From: Solirubrobacteraceae bacterium
GTDB lineage: Bacteria; Actinomycetota; Thermoleophilia; Solirubrobacterales; Solirubrobacteraceae
Length of the DNA: 64,000 bases
Direction: 5' to 3'
Assembly (NCBI GenBank): GCA_035650375.1
Contig: DASRHW010000105.1
Location: 4,858-68,857 of the forward strand
Below the pieces are notes generated by a model. It was not told the DNA's origin. It saw only the letters and a program-made list of their open reading frames with translations, and made no database searches. The stretch's first letter is position 1. The number at the start of each line of letters is the position of its first letter. Both the position numbers and the translations under genes were made by a program. Of this stretch, positions 8,297 through 17,927 are shown in pieces.

Positions 8297-9061
8297 CTAG
8301 AGCGCCATCAGCCCGCCGTCGAGCAGGATGTCGGCGCCGGTGAGGAACGCTGCCTCGTCCGAGGCGACGTACACGGCGAGGCCGGCGACGTCCTCGGGCT
8401 CGCCGACCCGCTTCGCGAGCAGCTGCTCGAGCAGCCACTCCTCCGCTCCGGGGTGGCTCAGGAAGTTGCGCTCGATCGAAGGAGTCCTGATCGGCCCGGG
8501 ACTGATCGTCACGGCGCGGATGCCGAACGGAGCGCCATCTGTGGCAAGCACACGTGACAGCGCCAGCACGCCGCCCTTGGCCGCGGAGTGCGAGGCCATT
8601 CCGGCGTTGCGCGTCGCGCCCCAGGCGGAGGTCGACGCGGTGCTGATGATCACGCCGCCGCGCTCAGCCAGAAACGGCCAGGCGAACTTGCTGACATAGA
8701 ACACGAGGTCGAGCTCGTTGCGGATCCCGTACTGCCAGTCCTCGATCGAGAGGTCCGGCATCGTGCCGAAGCGTGGCGAGGACGCGTTGTTGAAGACGAC
8801 GTCGATTCGCCCGTGGACCTCCCCCGCCGCCTCGACCCAGGCCCTGGCCTGATCGGGATCGCTGAGGTCGACGGGAGCGGCCACGGTCATGGTGCCACCG
8901 GCCGCATGTACCTCTGCGGCCGTCTCGTGGTTGCCGGCCTCGTCGACATCGCACCCGAAGACGAGCGCGCCCTCGGCGGCGAAGCGGACCGCGGTAGCCC
9001 GGCCCTGGCCGCTGGCGGTGCCGGTGATCAGCGCGACCTTGCCCTCGAGGCGCCCGCTCAC
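8297..9061 (-). CDS. SDR-family oxidoreductase
   Basis: TGTASGQGRA glycine motif, NNAS, and catalytic S..HSAAK (Tyr replaced by His as read). 254 aa. First gene of the SDR-MaoC-SDR minus-strand operon. Confidence 0.8.
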   Translation of the reverse strand: MSGRLEGKVALITGTASGQGRATAVRFAAEGALVFGCDVDEAGNHETAAEVHAAGGTMTVAAPVDLSDPDQARAWVEAAGEVHGRIDVVFNNASSPRFGTMPDLSIEDWQYGIRNELDLVFYVSKFAWPFLAERGGVIISTASTSAWGATRNAGMASHSAAKGGVLALSRVLATDGAPFGIRAVTISPGPIRTPSIERNFLSHPGAEEWLLEQLLAKRVGEPEDVAGLAVYVASDEAAFLTGADILLDGGLMAL

Positions 9062-9272
9062 GCTCGCTCCTCCCCCGTCTCGTCACGTGCGCTCACAGCA
9101 GTTGGGCTCATCGGCTCTCCTCGACGGATGGAGCGACGCGGATCGGATCGCCGACCGGTCGCCACTCGCGGAACATACTACATCGCGCGACGATCGTAAG
9201 CAAAACTATCGCGTATTTGTCTGCGATACCCCGTCTACCGGGCGGGATGCGTACGACAGGAAGCGGAGTCGA

Positions 9273-10214
9273 TCAGCTTCGGGCGTCCATCGCGTCGTGC
9301 GTCGTCACGAGCTCGGCGAGCTCTGGAGCGTGCTGCGCGATGACCTGCTGGCAGCGACCTTTCGCGACGGGGGCGAGGCTGTCGTAGACGTCGATGAACA
9401 GCTCGCGCATTCGCGCGCGCGGCCAATCGCCCGGCAGCAGCTCGGCGGGAAGGTCCGGCTCGTCGCCGAGGAAGCTGCGCCAGCTGTCCATGACCTTCGT
9501 TCGCTCCACAAGCGCGCGCGATGCGGTCAGCCGTCCCTTGCGGGCTTGGTCCAGGATCGGGGTGAACTCGGCCTCGAACTCGAGGTACTTCTCCCTGACC
9601 TCCTCGAGGTCCCACGCATCGAGTGCCTGGAGCGTGCTCCGAGGATCGATCCCGGCGCGCATGACGGTTGCGGAGGCGATCCCGAGCTCCGACAGCGCCG
9701 CCAGCGCGGCGTCACGCTCGTCCCATGGTGAGCACCAGAGCCCGTCGAACAGCGCGGCGAAGCCGAGCCAGCGAAGACGCGTGCGGACGGCATACCGAAC
9801 CCGGCGCTGCGCTTCGGGGACCGAGAACGCCACGAGCGTCCAGGAGCCGTCCCAGGACCGCACTTCCTGCGTGCCGAAGGCGACGATCCGGCGCGCGGTC
9901 TCCTGGAGGAGCTCCAGCGCATGCGGAGCCAGCCCGTAGTAGGTCTGCCGACCGAGCTTCGTCGACTGCAACAGTTCGCGACGGGTCAGGCGATTGAGCG
10001 CCGCGCGCGCACTCGCCTGGGTGACGTCGAACTCGGCAAGCAGATCGACCAGCGCCGCTGAGGGCAGGTGCTCGTGATGCCCGCTCCAGTAGTCGCCGAA
10101 CAGCGTCATCAGCAGGTGCTGCGGCGTGGTGCCCACCTGCGACCGAGGAAGTCCCCTGCCATCTTCGCGCGCCTCGTCCCAGCCCCGATCGGCGCCGGAC
10201 GTTCGAACAGCCAT
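9273..10214 (-). CDS. PaaX-family transcriptional regulator
   Basis: ..LLMTLFGDYW..ALVDLLAEFDVTQASARAALNRLTRRELL..GSWTLVAFSVPE..LRWLGFAALFDGLWCSP.. matches the three-domain PaaX repressor layout. Confidence 0.85.
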   Translation of the reverse strand: MAVRTSGADRGWDEAREDGRGLPRSQVGTTPQHLLMTLFGDYWSGHHEHLPSAALVDLLAEFDVTQASARAALNRLTRRELLQSTKLGRQTYYGLAPHALELLQETARRIVAFGTQEVRSWDGSWTLVAFSVPEAQRRVRYAVRTRLRWLGFAALFDGLWCSPWDERDAALAALSELGIASATVMRAGIDPRSTLQALDAWDLEEVREKYLEFEAEFTPILDQARKGRLTASRALVERTKVMDSWRSFLGDEPDLPAELLPGDWPRARMRELFIDVYDSLAPVAKGRCQQVIAQHAPELAELVTTHDAMDARS

Positions 10215-10316
10215 GGCCCGACTCTAGCGGCTGCTGTCGAAACGGCATCGATCTTATGCACGACAGATCATGTGTCGATCGCCGTCAGGTAAGCAGTGAT
10301 CTGTTAGGCTCGCCGC

Positions 10317-11390
10317 ATGCCCATCGAGTTCGGGATCTTCGACCACGTCGAGTTCTACGGTGACGGACAGATTAAGGATCTGTATGAGCGGCGCATCGCC
10401 TCGATCAAGCGGATCGAGGCCGCCGGCTTCTACGCGTATCACCTGGCGGAACACCACGGTGCTCCGCTGTCGGTCACCCCATCGGCGCCTGTCTTCCTCT
10501 CGGCCGTCGCACGCGAGACGACGACGATCAAGCTGATCCCGACGGTCGTCTGCTTACCGCTCCATCACCCGGTGCGCATCTTCGAAGAGCTCGCGATGCT
10601 CGACGTCATCTCGGGCGGCCGGCTCGAGTTCGGCGTCGGGAAAGGCATCACGTCGTACGAGCACCTTCAGTTCGGCCATCCACCGGAAGAGGGGCCGGCA
10701 CGGTTGGCGGACGGCCTGAAGATCCTGCTCCGGGCGTTCGAGACCGGGATCGTCTCGAGCGAAGGCTCGGAGTTCCACGACTTCGCCGAGATGAAGCTTC
10801 CGTTCGAGCCGATCCAGCGCCCGTACCCGCCGCTGTGGACGGCAGGCAACGTCGAGATGGCCGGACGCGGCGGGCACAACCTCATCTCCCCTGCTCCGAT
10901 GACAGCGGAGATCCGGGCACGCTACGACGAGCTGCGCACCGCGAGCCGCCAGGAGCCCGGCCACCAGAACCCGCACATCACAGAGCCCAAGCTCGGCCAC
11001 AACCAGGCCCTCGTCGTCGCTCGCACCGACGACGAGGCGGAAGCGATCGCGCGTCGCGCGTGGGGCCGCTACATCGCGACGATGCGTCGGGCGCGTAGCC
11101 TCGTCCCGCCGCATCTCCAGGGCGAGGAGCTGCCGGAGTTCGAAACCGACCACGCCAGGAAGATGCTGGGGGGCGATCCGTTCGAGACCGGCAGTCTCAT
11201 CGCCGGCTCCGTCGAGCGGATTCGCGACGTGCTGGTCGAGCGAGCCCGGACCGGGCTCGTGAACTACTTCCTCTTCATGATCCCGTTCGGGGACATGACC
11301 GACAACGAGCTCGGATTCATCGTCGACGCCATGCAGGCCGAGATCATTCCGGCCGTTCGCGAGGCGGCCGCGGTCGGCTCGCCCGCCTGA
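10317..11390 (+). CDS. LLM-class (luciferase-like) flavin-dependent oxidoreductase
   Basis: MPIEFGIFDHVE..YHLAEHHG..LPLHHPVRIFEELAMLDVISGGRLEFGVGKG is typical of luciferase-like monooxygenases. Confidence 0.85.
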   Translation: MPIEFGIFDHVEFYGDGQIKDLYERRIASIKRIEAAGFYAYHLAEHHGAPLSVTPSAPVFLSAVARETTTIKLIPTVVCLPLHHPVRIFEELAMLDVISGGRLEFGVGKGITSYEHLQFGHPPEEGPARLADGLKILLRAFETGIVSSEGSEFHDFAEMKLPFEPIQRPYPPLWTAGNVEMAGRGGHNLISPAPMTAEIRARYDELRTASRQEPGHQNPHITEPKLGHNQALVVARTDDEAEAIARRAWGRYIATMRRARSLVPPHLQGEELPEFETDHARKMLGGDPFETGSLIAGSVERIRDVLVERARTGLVNYFLFMIPFGDMTDNELGFIVDAMQAEIIPAVREAAAVGSPA

Positions 11391-11408
11391 CGGGTACGAG
11401 GAGGGGAT

Positions 11409-12185
11409 GTGAGCGTCTCGAGTACCACGCTCGATGTGAAAGGGCGTCCGACGGAGATCGTCTCCGTCGGCACTGGCGAGCCGCTGGTGTTCTTGCACGG
11501 TGGCGGGATCATGGAGGGCTTCGACTTCCTTCAGGCGGCAGGCGATCAGGGCTTTCGCGTGATCGCACCGCTGCTTCCTGGCTATGGAGCGACGGAGCTC
11601 GACCCACCCGTCGCAAGCCGGGACGCCTTGGCGGACCACATGCAGGACGTCCTTGATGCGCTCGGAATCGAGCGAACGGTGCTCGTCGGTCATTCGCTCG
11701 GCGGATGGCGCGCCGCGGGGTTCGCGGCCCGGTACCCGGAGCGCGTCGAGGCACTGATACTCGCCGCGCCACTCGGGATGGAGGTACCCGGGCATCCCCT
11801 CGCGAACCTCGCGCCGCTCAGCCTCCCGGAGCGCCTTGTCGCCCTGACCAATGACCCGAGTATCTGGGAGGGGCGCATACCGGACGGCCCAGATCCCGCC
11901 TTCCAGGCGGCGCGGGCGCGCGAGATGGCATCGATGTCGCGTTTCATTCCCGGCCCGAGCGATCCCGACATCGACGGCATCGTCTCGCGGCTTGCCGCGC
12001 CCACGCAGCTGCTGTGGGGCGACGACGACGGCATCATCCCGTTCGAGCACTCGGCCGCCTGGGAACGGGCGATCCCCGGTGCCGAACTCGAGATCTTCCC
12101 TTCGGCGGGTCACATGCTCTTCGCCGAGCGGCCGGAGGCGATGGAGAGCATCCGCGCGTTCGTCGACAGCCAGAAAGAGGCCTGA
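11409..12185 (+). CDS. alpha/beta hydrolase
   Basis: GTG start after GAGGAGG. HGGG oxyanion region, nucleophile elbow GHSLGG, and a C-terminal ..GHMLFAERPE.. His region. Confidence 0.8.
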   Translation: MSVSSTTLDVKGRPTEIVSVGTGEPLVFLHGGGIMEGFDFLQAAGDQGFRVIAPLLPGYGATELDPPVASRDALADHMQDVLDALGIERTVLVGHSLGGWRAAGFAARYPERVEALILAAPLGMEVPGHPLANLAPLSLPERLVALTNDPSIWEGRIPDGPDPAFQAARAREMASMSRFIPGPSDPDIDGIVSRLAAPTQLLWGDDDGIIPFEHSAAWERAIPGAELEIFPSAGHMLFAERPEAMESIRAFVDSQKEA

Positions 12186-13321
12186 TGGATCTGACCTACA
12201 ACGAGGCGGAGCTGGCGTTCCGCGATGAGCTGCGCGCCTGGTTCTCGGAGCAGGAGATCGAGCCGGAGGAGGCCGGTCACGATGCCGAATACGCGCGGCG
12301 GCTGGCGTTTCACCGTGCCCTCGTGAGCGGAGGATGGGCGGCCGTCGACTGGCCGGAGGAGTACGGCGGCCGGGGCGCGACCCTGATGCAGTCGGCGATC
12401 TTCTACGAGGAGCTCACCCGCAGCGGAGCGCCGCTGCCGGTCAACGTCCTCGGCATCCTCCTGGCCGCACCGACGATCATGCGGTGGGGCACGCCCGATC
12501 AGAAGGATCGGTTTCTCCATCCGATCCTCACGGCCGAGGAGATCTGGTGCCAGGGCTTCTCAGAGCCCGATGCCGGATCCGACTTCGCTTCGGTGAAGAC
12601 GCGCGCGGTGCGTGACGGCGACGACTGGCTCATCACCGGTCAGAAGGTGTGGACGAGCGAGGCGCAGATCGCCAAATGGTGCATGCTCGTCGCGCGGACA
12701 GATCCCGATGTGGCGAAGCACAAGGGCTTGACGTTCTTCCTGATGGACATGGAACAGGAAGGCGTTCAGGTCGTGCCGCTGCGCCAGATGACCGGCGAGT
12801 CGGAGTTCAACGAGCTGTTCCTCGACAACGTTCGCGTTCCCGCGGAGCACGTCCTCGGCGGCGTCGGCGACGGCTGGAAGGTCGCGCTGACGACACTGAT
12901 GAACGAGCGCTCCGGGCTCGGCATCTCGCTGCAGGTCACGCTCCGCCAGCGACTTGACGGGGTCATCGCGGCGGCGGCGGAGCGCGGCCTGCTCGAGGAC
13001 ACGGCGGTGGCCGAGCGGCTCGGCGAGCTCTGCCAGCGAACCGAGCTCCTGCGACTGTTGGCCTACCGCGGCCTGACGTCGGTCGAGAAATACGGACAGC
13101 CCGGGCCCGAGGGCTCGTTGACGAAGTGGCTGTGGTCGGACACCAATCAGCAACTGACCCAGTGCGCAGCCGACCTGCTCGGGACGAGCGCCCTCCGCGC
13201 CGGGTCTCAGCCCGCCTATGCACTGCTGCGCTCGCGGGGGAACTCGATCGAGGGCGGCACGACTGAGATCCTCAAGAACATCATCGCCGAGCGAGTGCTC
13301 GGCCTCCCCAAGGCGCGCTAG
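12185..13321 (+). CDS. acyl-CoA dehydrogenase (catalytic-type subunit)
   Basis: The start overlaps the previous stop by 1 nt (TGATG). ACAD N/M/C domains are present (..WCQGFSEPDAGSD..; C-terminal ..SIEGGTTEILKNIIAE with the catalytic-base Glu position). Confidence 0.85.
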   Translation: MDLTYNEAELAFRDELRAWFSEQEIEPEEAGHDAEYARRLAFHRALVSGGWAAVDWPEEYGGRGATLMQSAIFYEELTRSGAPLPVNVLGILLAAPTIMRWGTPDQKDRFLHPILTAEEIWCQGFSEPDAGSDFASVKTRAVRDGDDWLITGQKVWTSEAQIAKWCMLVARTDPDVAKHKGLTFFLMDMEQEGVQVVPLRQMTGESEFNELFLDNVRVPAEHVLGGVGDGWKVALTTLMNERSGLGISLQVTLRQRLDGVIAAAAERGLLEDTAVAERLGELCQRTELLRLLAYRGLTSVEKYGQPGPEGSLTKWLWSDTNQQLTQCAADLLGTSALRAGSQPAYALLRSRGNSIEGGTTEILKNIIAERVLGLPKAR

Positions 13322-13329
13322 GAGCTGCG

Positions 13330-14310
13330 ATGCACTTCGACCTGACCGACGACCAGAAGGAGATCAAGGACGTCGCGCGCCAGCTGCTCGCGAGCCGCTC
13401 GCCGATGGCCAAGGTGCGCGAGGCTGCCGAGGCCGAGCGCTACGACGAAGCGCTCTGGACGGAGCTGGTCGAGCTCGCCTGGCCGGGCATCGCCGTCTCC
13501 GAGGAGCACAACGGGCAGGGGCTCGGCGCGGTCGAGCTTGCCGTGCTCCTGGAGGAGCTCGGCTATGCCTGTGCGGCGACGCCGCTGCTGTCCACGGCGA
13601 CGGCGGCGTCGGTGATCGATGCGTGCGGCAACGACGACCAGCGCTCGCGATGGCTCCCCGGCCTCGCTACCGGCGAGCAGACGGCCGGCATCGGTACCCC
13701 AACGCTTGTTGCCGACGCCGAGGGCGCGGCCGTCGTGGTGCTCGTCGACGGCGATGACGCGTCGCTCGTCGTAGAGCCGGAGGCCGAGCCGTTCCAGTCG
13801 ATCGATCCGACCCGGCGCTACGCGACGGTGCGCGGCAGAGCGGAGCCGCTCGGTGCCGGAGCGGCCGACCGGGTGCGGGCTGCGATCGCCGCCGAGGTCG
13901 CCGGAATCTGCCAGCGCGCGCTCGACGTGACCGTCGAATACGTCAAGGAGCGCAAGCAGTTCGGCGTCCCTGTCGGCTCCTTCCAGGCGGTGTCGCATCG
14001 CTGCGTGCAGATGCTGATGCACACCGAGAGCGCCCGCACAGCCGCCTACTACGCCGCCTGGGCCGCGGATGCGGACGCGGGCCGCCTGCCGGAGGCCGCC
14101 GCCCTTGCGGCCGCGGCCGCGGCCGAGGGGGCGATCGAGGTCACGGGCAGCGCGATCCAAGCGCACGGCGGCATCGGGTTCACCTGGGAGGCGGACCTGC
14201 ACTGGCTCTACAAGCGCGCGCAGCTCGACGCGGCGCTCCTCGGAGGCGCCGCGCAGGCACGGCGGACGTTGACCCGGCTCACCGCGGCCACGCTCGAGGT
14301 CGCGCGCTAG
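13330..14310 (+). CDS. acyl-CoA dehydrogenase-like protein (probable non-catalytic partner subunit)
   Basis: ACAD fold (..ELGYACAATPLLS..KQFGVPVGSFQAVSHRC..GGIGFTWE..), but the C-terminal Y/I-E-G-T segment is replaced by ..LDAALLGGAA.. (by-eye alignment). Confidence 0.8.
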   Translation: MHFDLTDDQKEIKDVARQLLASRSPMAKVREAAEAERYDEALWTELVELAWPGIAVSEEHNGQGLGAVELAVLLEELGYACAATPLLSTATAASVIDACGNDDQRSRWLPGLATGEQTAGIGTPTLVADAEGAAVVVLVDGDDASLVVEPEAEPFQSIDPTRRYATVRGRAEPLGAGAADRVRAAIAAEVAGICQRALDVTVEYVKERKQFGVPVGSFQAVSHRCVQMLMHTESARTAAYYAAWAADADAGRLPEAAALAAAAAAEGAIEVTGSAIQAHGGIGFTWEADLHWLYKRAQLDAALLGGAAQARRTLTRLTAATLEVAR

Positions 14311-14336
14311 CGCGACGCAAGGGCTGCCCGACGACC

Positions 14337-15101
14337 ATGTCCTCAATCCTCGAATCGTTCCGGCTCGACGGACAGGTGGCGATCGTCACCGGAGCCTCCT
14401 CCGGGCTGGGCGTCGCGTTCGCGCAGGCGCTCGCCGAGGCGGGCGCCGACGTCGCCCTCGGGGCACGGCGCGCCGAGCGACTCGAGGAGACGAAGCGCCT
14501 GGTCGAGGCGGCAGGTAGGCGGGCGCTGGCCGTCACCACCGACGTCACCCTCGTGGAGGACTGCGACCGCCTCGTCGCCGAGACGGTCGAGCAGCTCGGG
14601 AAGGTCGACATCCTCGTCAACAACGCCGGCATCGGCGCCGCCGTTCCCGCCACGCGCGAGGACCCCGATCACTTCCGTCACGTCGTCGACATCAACCTGC
14701 ACGGCGCGTACTGGATGGCGCAGGCCTGTGGCCGCGTGATGCAGCCTGGCAGCTGCATTGTCAACATCTCGAGCGTCGTCGGGCTGACCGCCGTCGGCCT
14801 CCCCCAGGCGGCGTACGCCGCCTCGAAGGCGGGGCTGATCGCGCTGACCCGCGACCTCGCGCAGCAGTGGACCGGACGCAAGGGCATCCGCGTCAACTCG
14901 CTGGCGCCAGGACCGTTCGCGACCGAGATGACCGCCCAGGCCGCGCCCGGGTCGTTCGAGCAGATCCGGCCGCGGCTGCTCGTGCCCCGCGAGGGCGATC
15001 CCCGCGAGCTCGCCGCCGCGCTCGTGTTCCTCGCCTCCCCGGGGGCCGGCTACATCACCGGTCAGACACTGGCCGTCGACGGCGGCCTGACGGTGTCCTA
15101 G
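14337..15101 (+). CDS. SDR-family oxidoreductase (FabG-like)
   Basis: TGASSGLGVAFA, NNAG and YAASKAG motifs; 254 aa. Confidence 0.85.
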   Translation: MSSILESFRLDGQVAIVTGASSGLGVAFAQALAEAGADVALGARRAERLEETKRLVEAAGRRALAVTTDVTLVEDCDRLVAETVEQLGKVDILVNNAGIGAAVPATREDPDHFRHVVDINLHGAYWMAQACGRVMQPGSCIVNISSVVGLTAVGLPQAAYAASKAGLIALTRDLAQQWTGRKGIRVNSLAPGPFATEMTAQAAPGSFEQIRPRLLVPREGDPRELAAALVFLASPGAGYITGQTLAVDGGLTVS

Positions 15102-15109
15102 CGGCTCTG

Positions 15110-16954
15110 ATGACCGAGACGGCGGACATACGCGAACGCGTGCCGGTGCTGATCGTCGGCGGCGGCCCCTCCGGCCTCACGTCGGCGCTGCTGCTCGCTC
15201 GAGCAGGCATCGACTTCCTGCTGCTGGAGCGGCGGGACTTCACGACGCATTTCCCACGGGCGCACCTGCTCAACGTGCGCACGATGGAGATCTTCCACGA
15301 CGTCGGCGTCGCCGACGACATCTACGCCCGCTCCCCGCCGGAGGACCGCTGGCACAAGGTCCGCTGGTCGACCTCGCTCGGAGGGTCACGCCCCGGTCAG
15401 CGCGCGACGATCGGGGAGGTGCCCGCGTGGGGCGGTGGACCCGACACCCCGCGCTATGCGGAGGCAAGCCCGAGGCGCTTCGCGAACCTTCCGCAGTTGC
15501 GGCTCGACACACTCCTGTGGCAGCGAGCAGACAGGCTGGCGCCGGGCAGGGTCCGGCCGCATCAGGAAGTCGTCGACATCGACGGTGCCGAGGACGTCGT
15601 CACCGTGACCGTCCTCGACCGTGACACCGGCGAGCGGTATCTGGTGCAGGCCGACTACGTCATCGCCGCGGACGGCGGACGGGTCTGCGCCCAGCGGCTC
15701 GACGTGGCGCTCAGGGGGCCGCGGGCGATCCACGAGATCACGAGCCTCTACGTCGAAGCGGACCTCCGGCGATACTGGGATCACGAAACCCTGCTGACCT
15801 ACGTGATCGGACCCGCCGGCCAAGGTGGGCCGGCCGCGACGCTGCAGGCGCTCGGCCCGGACCACTGGGCGAACGAGTCGACCGAATGGGTGTTCGGCGT
15901 TCATGGAGTCGGGCGCGGAACCCCAGAGGACGAGATCATCCCCCGCGTCCGGAGCGTCCTCGGCATCGACGATCTCGAGATGCGGATCAACGCCGTCAGC
16001 CACTGGGCCTACGAGGGCGTCGTCGCCGAGCAATTCCGCGTCGGCCGCGTGTTCCTCGTCGGCGACAGCGCGCACCGTCACCCGCCGACGGGCGGGCTCG
16101 GCCTCAACACCGGCGTCCAGGACGTGTTCAACCTGTGCTGGAAGCTCATCGCCGTGCTGCGCGGATATGCCGGCGACGCGCTGCTCGACACCTACGAGGC
16201 CGAGCGGCAGCCGATCGCGACGTTCAACGTCGAGCACTCGCTGCTCAACGCCGGCAAGCACGCCGGGGTCGCTGCCGCCATCGGCCTGCGGGCCGACCAG
16301 AGCGAGGAGCACGGCTGGCGTGAGGTCGACGTGTGGGCCAGCGACACGCCGGAGGGACGGCAGCGCCGAGCGGCCAGCGATGCCGCGATCGCGTCGAACG
16401 CGGAGGACTTCAGTCAGCTCAACGTCGAGGCGGGCTTCTCGTACGAGCGCGGCGCGGTGATCCCGGACGGGACGCCGGCGCCGCCGCGGCCGTCGGAGTC
16501 GCCGATCGAGTTCACGCCGACGGCTCGTCCCGGACATCACGTCCCTCACGTCTACCTGGCTGCCGGCGACGGCTGGGTCTCGACGGTCGACCTCGTCGCG
16601 GCCGAGGGATTCACGCTGTTCGTCTCCGCCGGTGACGAACAGGCCTGGCAGGAGGCCGCCGGGAGCGTGGCGGCCGAGTCCGGATGCCCGCTCTCGGTGG
16701 TCTCCGTCGACGGATATCTCGCCGATCGCGACAGCACGTGGGCCGCCGTGCGCGGCATCGGTCCCGGGGGCGTGGTGCTCGTGCGGCCCGACAAGCACGT
16801 CGGCTGGCGTGCCGATCCGTCCCCCGCGGCGCGCGAAGGCGAGCTCCGCGCGGCTGTGTGGCAGCTGCTCCACGCAGGCGCCGCGCCGGCCGATCCCGCG
16901 GCGCCGGCGCTGCTGGCCGGCATCGAGCGCGCGGCCGACGCACTACGCGGCTAG
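15110..16954 (+). CDS. FAD-dependent aromatic-ring monooxygenase (phenol/dichlorophenol hydroxylase family)
   Basis: GGGPSGLTSALLLA dinucleotide motif and GDSAHRHPPTGGLGLNTGVQDVFNLCWKL fingerprint. The roughly 614-aa length suggests the C-terminal thioredoxin-like domain typical of this family. Start trimmed to the ATG at 15110. Confidence 0.85.
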   Translation: MTETADIRERVPVLIVGGGPSGLTSALLLARAGIDFLLLERRDFTTHFPRAHLLNVRTMEIFHDVGVADDIYARSPPEDRWHKVRWSTSLGGSRPGQRATIGEVPAWGGGPDTPRYAEASPRRFANLPQLRLDTLLWQRADRLAPGRVRPHQEVVDIDGAEDVVTVTVLDRDTGERYLVQADYVIAADGGRVCAQRLDVALRGPRAIHEITSLYVEADLRRYWDHETLLTYVIGPAGQGGPAATLQALGPDHWANESTEWVFGVHGVGRGTPEDEIIPRVRSVLGIDDLEMRINAVSHWAYEGVVAEQFRVGRVFLVGDSAHRHPPTGGLGLNTGVQDVFNLCWKLIAVLRGYAGDALLDTYEAERQPIATFNVEHSLLNAGKHAGVAAAIGLRADQSEEHGWREVDVWASDTPEGRQRRAASDAAIASNAEDFSQLNVEAGFSYERGAVIPDGTPAPPRPSESPIEFTPTARPGHHVPHVYLAAGDGWVSTVDLVAAEGFTLFVSAGDEQAWQEAAGSVAAESGCPLSVVSVDGYLADRDSTWAAVRGIGPGGVVLVRPDKHVGWRADPSPAAREGELRAAVWQLLHAGAAPADPAAPALLAGIERAADALRG

Positions 16955-16967
16955 TCGCGGGACCGCG

Positions 16968-17927
16968 TCAGTTCGGTCGGTGCCCGAAGGTCGTGTCGTA
17001 GTCGCGCCTCCGGTCCTCGGGCAGGAAGCGCTCCTCGATCTCCCGCACGCGCGAGGTGCCGACGAGCTCAGTCGTCGGCGCCACACCCCACGCGCCGGCG
17101 TGGGCCTGCTCGAACCATCCGTCGACGCCGGCATCGCCTTCTTCGCGAAGCGCGTGGAGGACGTCCCATGCCGCCTGAGCACCCGCCATCGACGCGACGG
17201 TCGGGAACAGCACCGCCCGCGCGCCGAGATCGGCGAACTCCGTCAGCTTCGGTCGCGGCGTCGTCCCGCCCCAGATCGTGAGCACCGGGACGCGCAGCTC
17301 GCGACATGCCGTGGCCAGCTGCTCGCGCGACTCGACTGAGTTCAGCCAGACGAGGTCGGCCCCGCCCTCCTCGGCGTAGGCGACGGCACGCTCGAGCGCG
17401 TCGTCGAATCCGGTCCCCTCGCTGCCGATCGCGTCGGTGCGGGCGCAGACGACGAAGCTCGGATCGAGCGCGTCCCGAGCGGCGACGGCAGCCTGGATCT
17501 TGCCGACCGCCTCGGCACGAGGGATGCAGCGACGACCCTCCGTCGTACCCGACTTCTTCGGCGCCTCCTGGTCCTCGAGCGAGACGCCGGCGACGCCCGC
17601 GCGAACGAACTCCTCGACCGCATACGAGACGTTCACGGCGTTGCCGTACCCCGTGTCGGCATCGACGAGCACCGGGATACCCGCGCGCGCTGCGACGTGC
17701 CGCGCGTGGTCGACGACGTCACGCAACCCGACCGCCCCGACGTCGGGGACGCCGTACAGCATCCACGACACCTGCGATCCGGCGAGGAAGAAGCACTCAA
17801 ACCCCGCCCGTTCGGCCATCATCGCGTAGACCGGACTGAATCCCCCGGGAATCGTCAACAGCTCGTCCCGGGCCAGCAACGCGCGCAGACGGCGCCGTAG
17901 GACCTGCGCTTCCGGCTCGACGCTCAC
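16968..17927 (-). CDS. isocitrate lyase / PEP mutase superfamily protein
   Basis: ..PVLVDADTGYGN..AGVSLEDQEAPKKSGTT..CARTDA.. is the superfamily TIM-barrel signature. The active-site loop reads KKSGT rather than K(K/R)CGH. Confidence 0.85.
   Translation of the reverse strand: MSVEPEAQVLRRRLRALLARDELLTIPGGFSPVYAMMAERAGFECFFLAGSQVSWMLYGVPDVGAVGLRDVVDHARHVAARAGIPVLVDADTGYGNAVNVSYAVEEFVRAGVAGVSLEDQEAPKKSGTTEGRRCIPRAEAVGKIQAAVAARDALDPSFVVCARTDAIGSEGTGFDDALERAVAYAEEGGADLVWLNSVESREQLATACRELRVPVLTIWGGTTPRPKLTEFADLGARAVLFPTVASMAGAQAAWDVLHALREEGDAGVDGWFEQAHAGAWGVAPTTELVGTSRVREIEERFLPEDRRRDYDTTFGHRPN

Noticed and set aside
16968-17927. PEP mutase gene as a marker of phosphonate biosynthesis.
   Set aside because: The motif reads EDQ, not the EDK(x)5NS typical of true PEP mutases. 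No phosphonopyruvate decarboxylase or other phosphonate genes are nearby.
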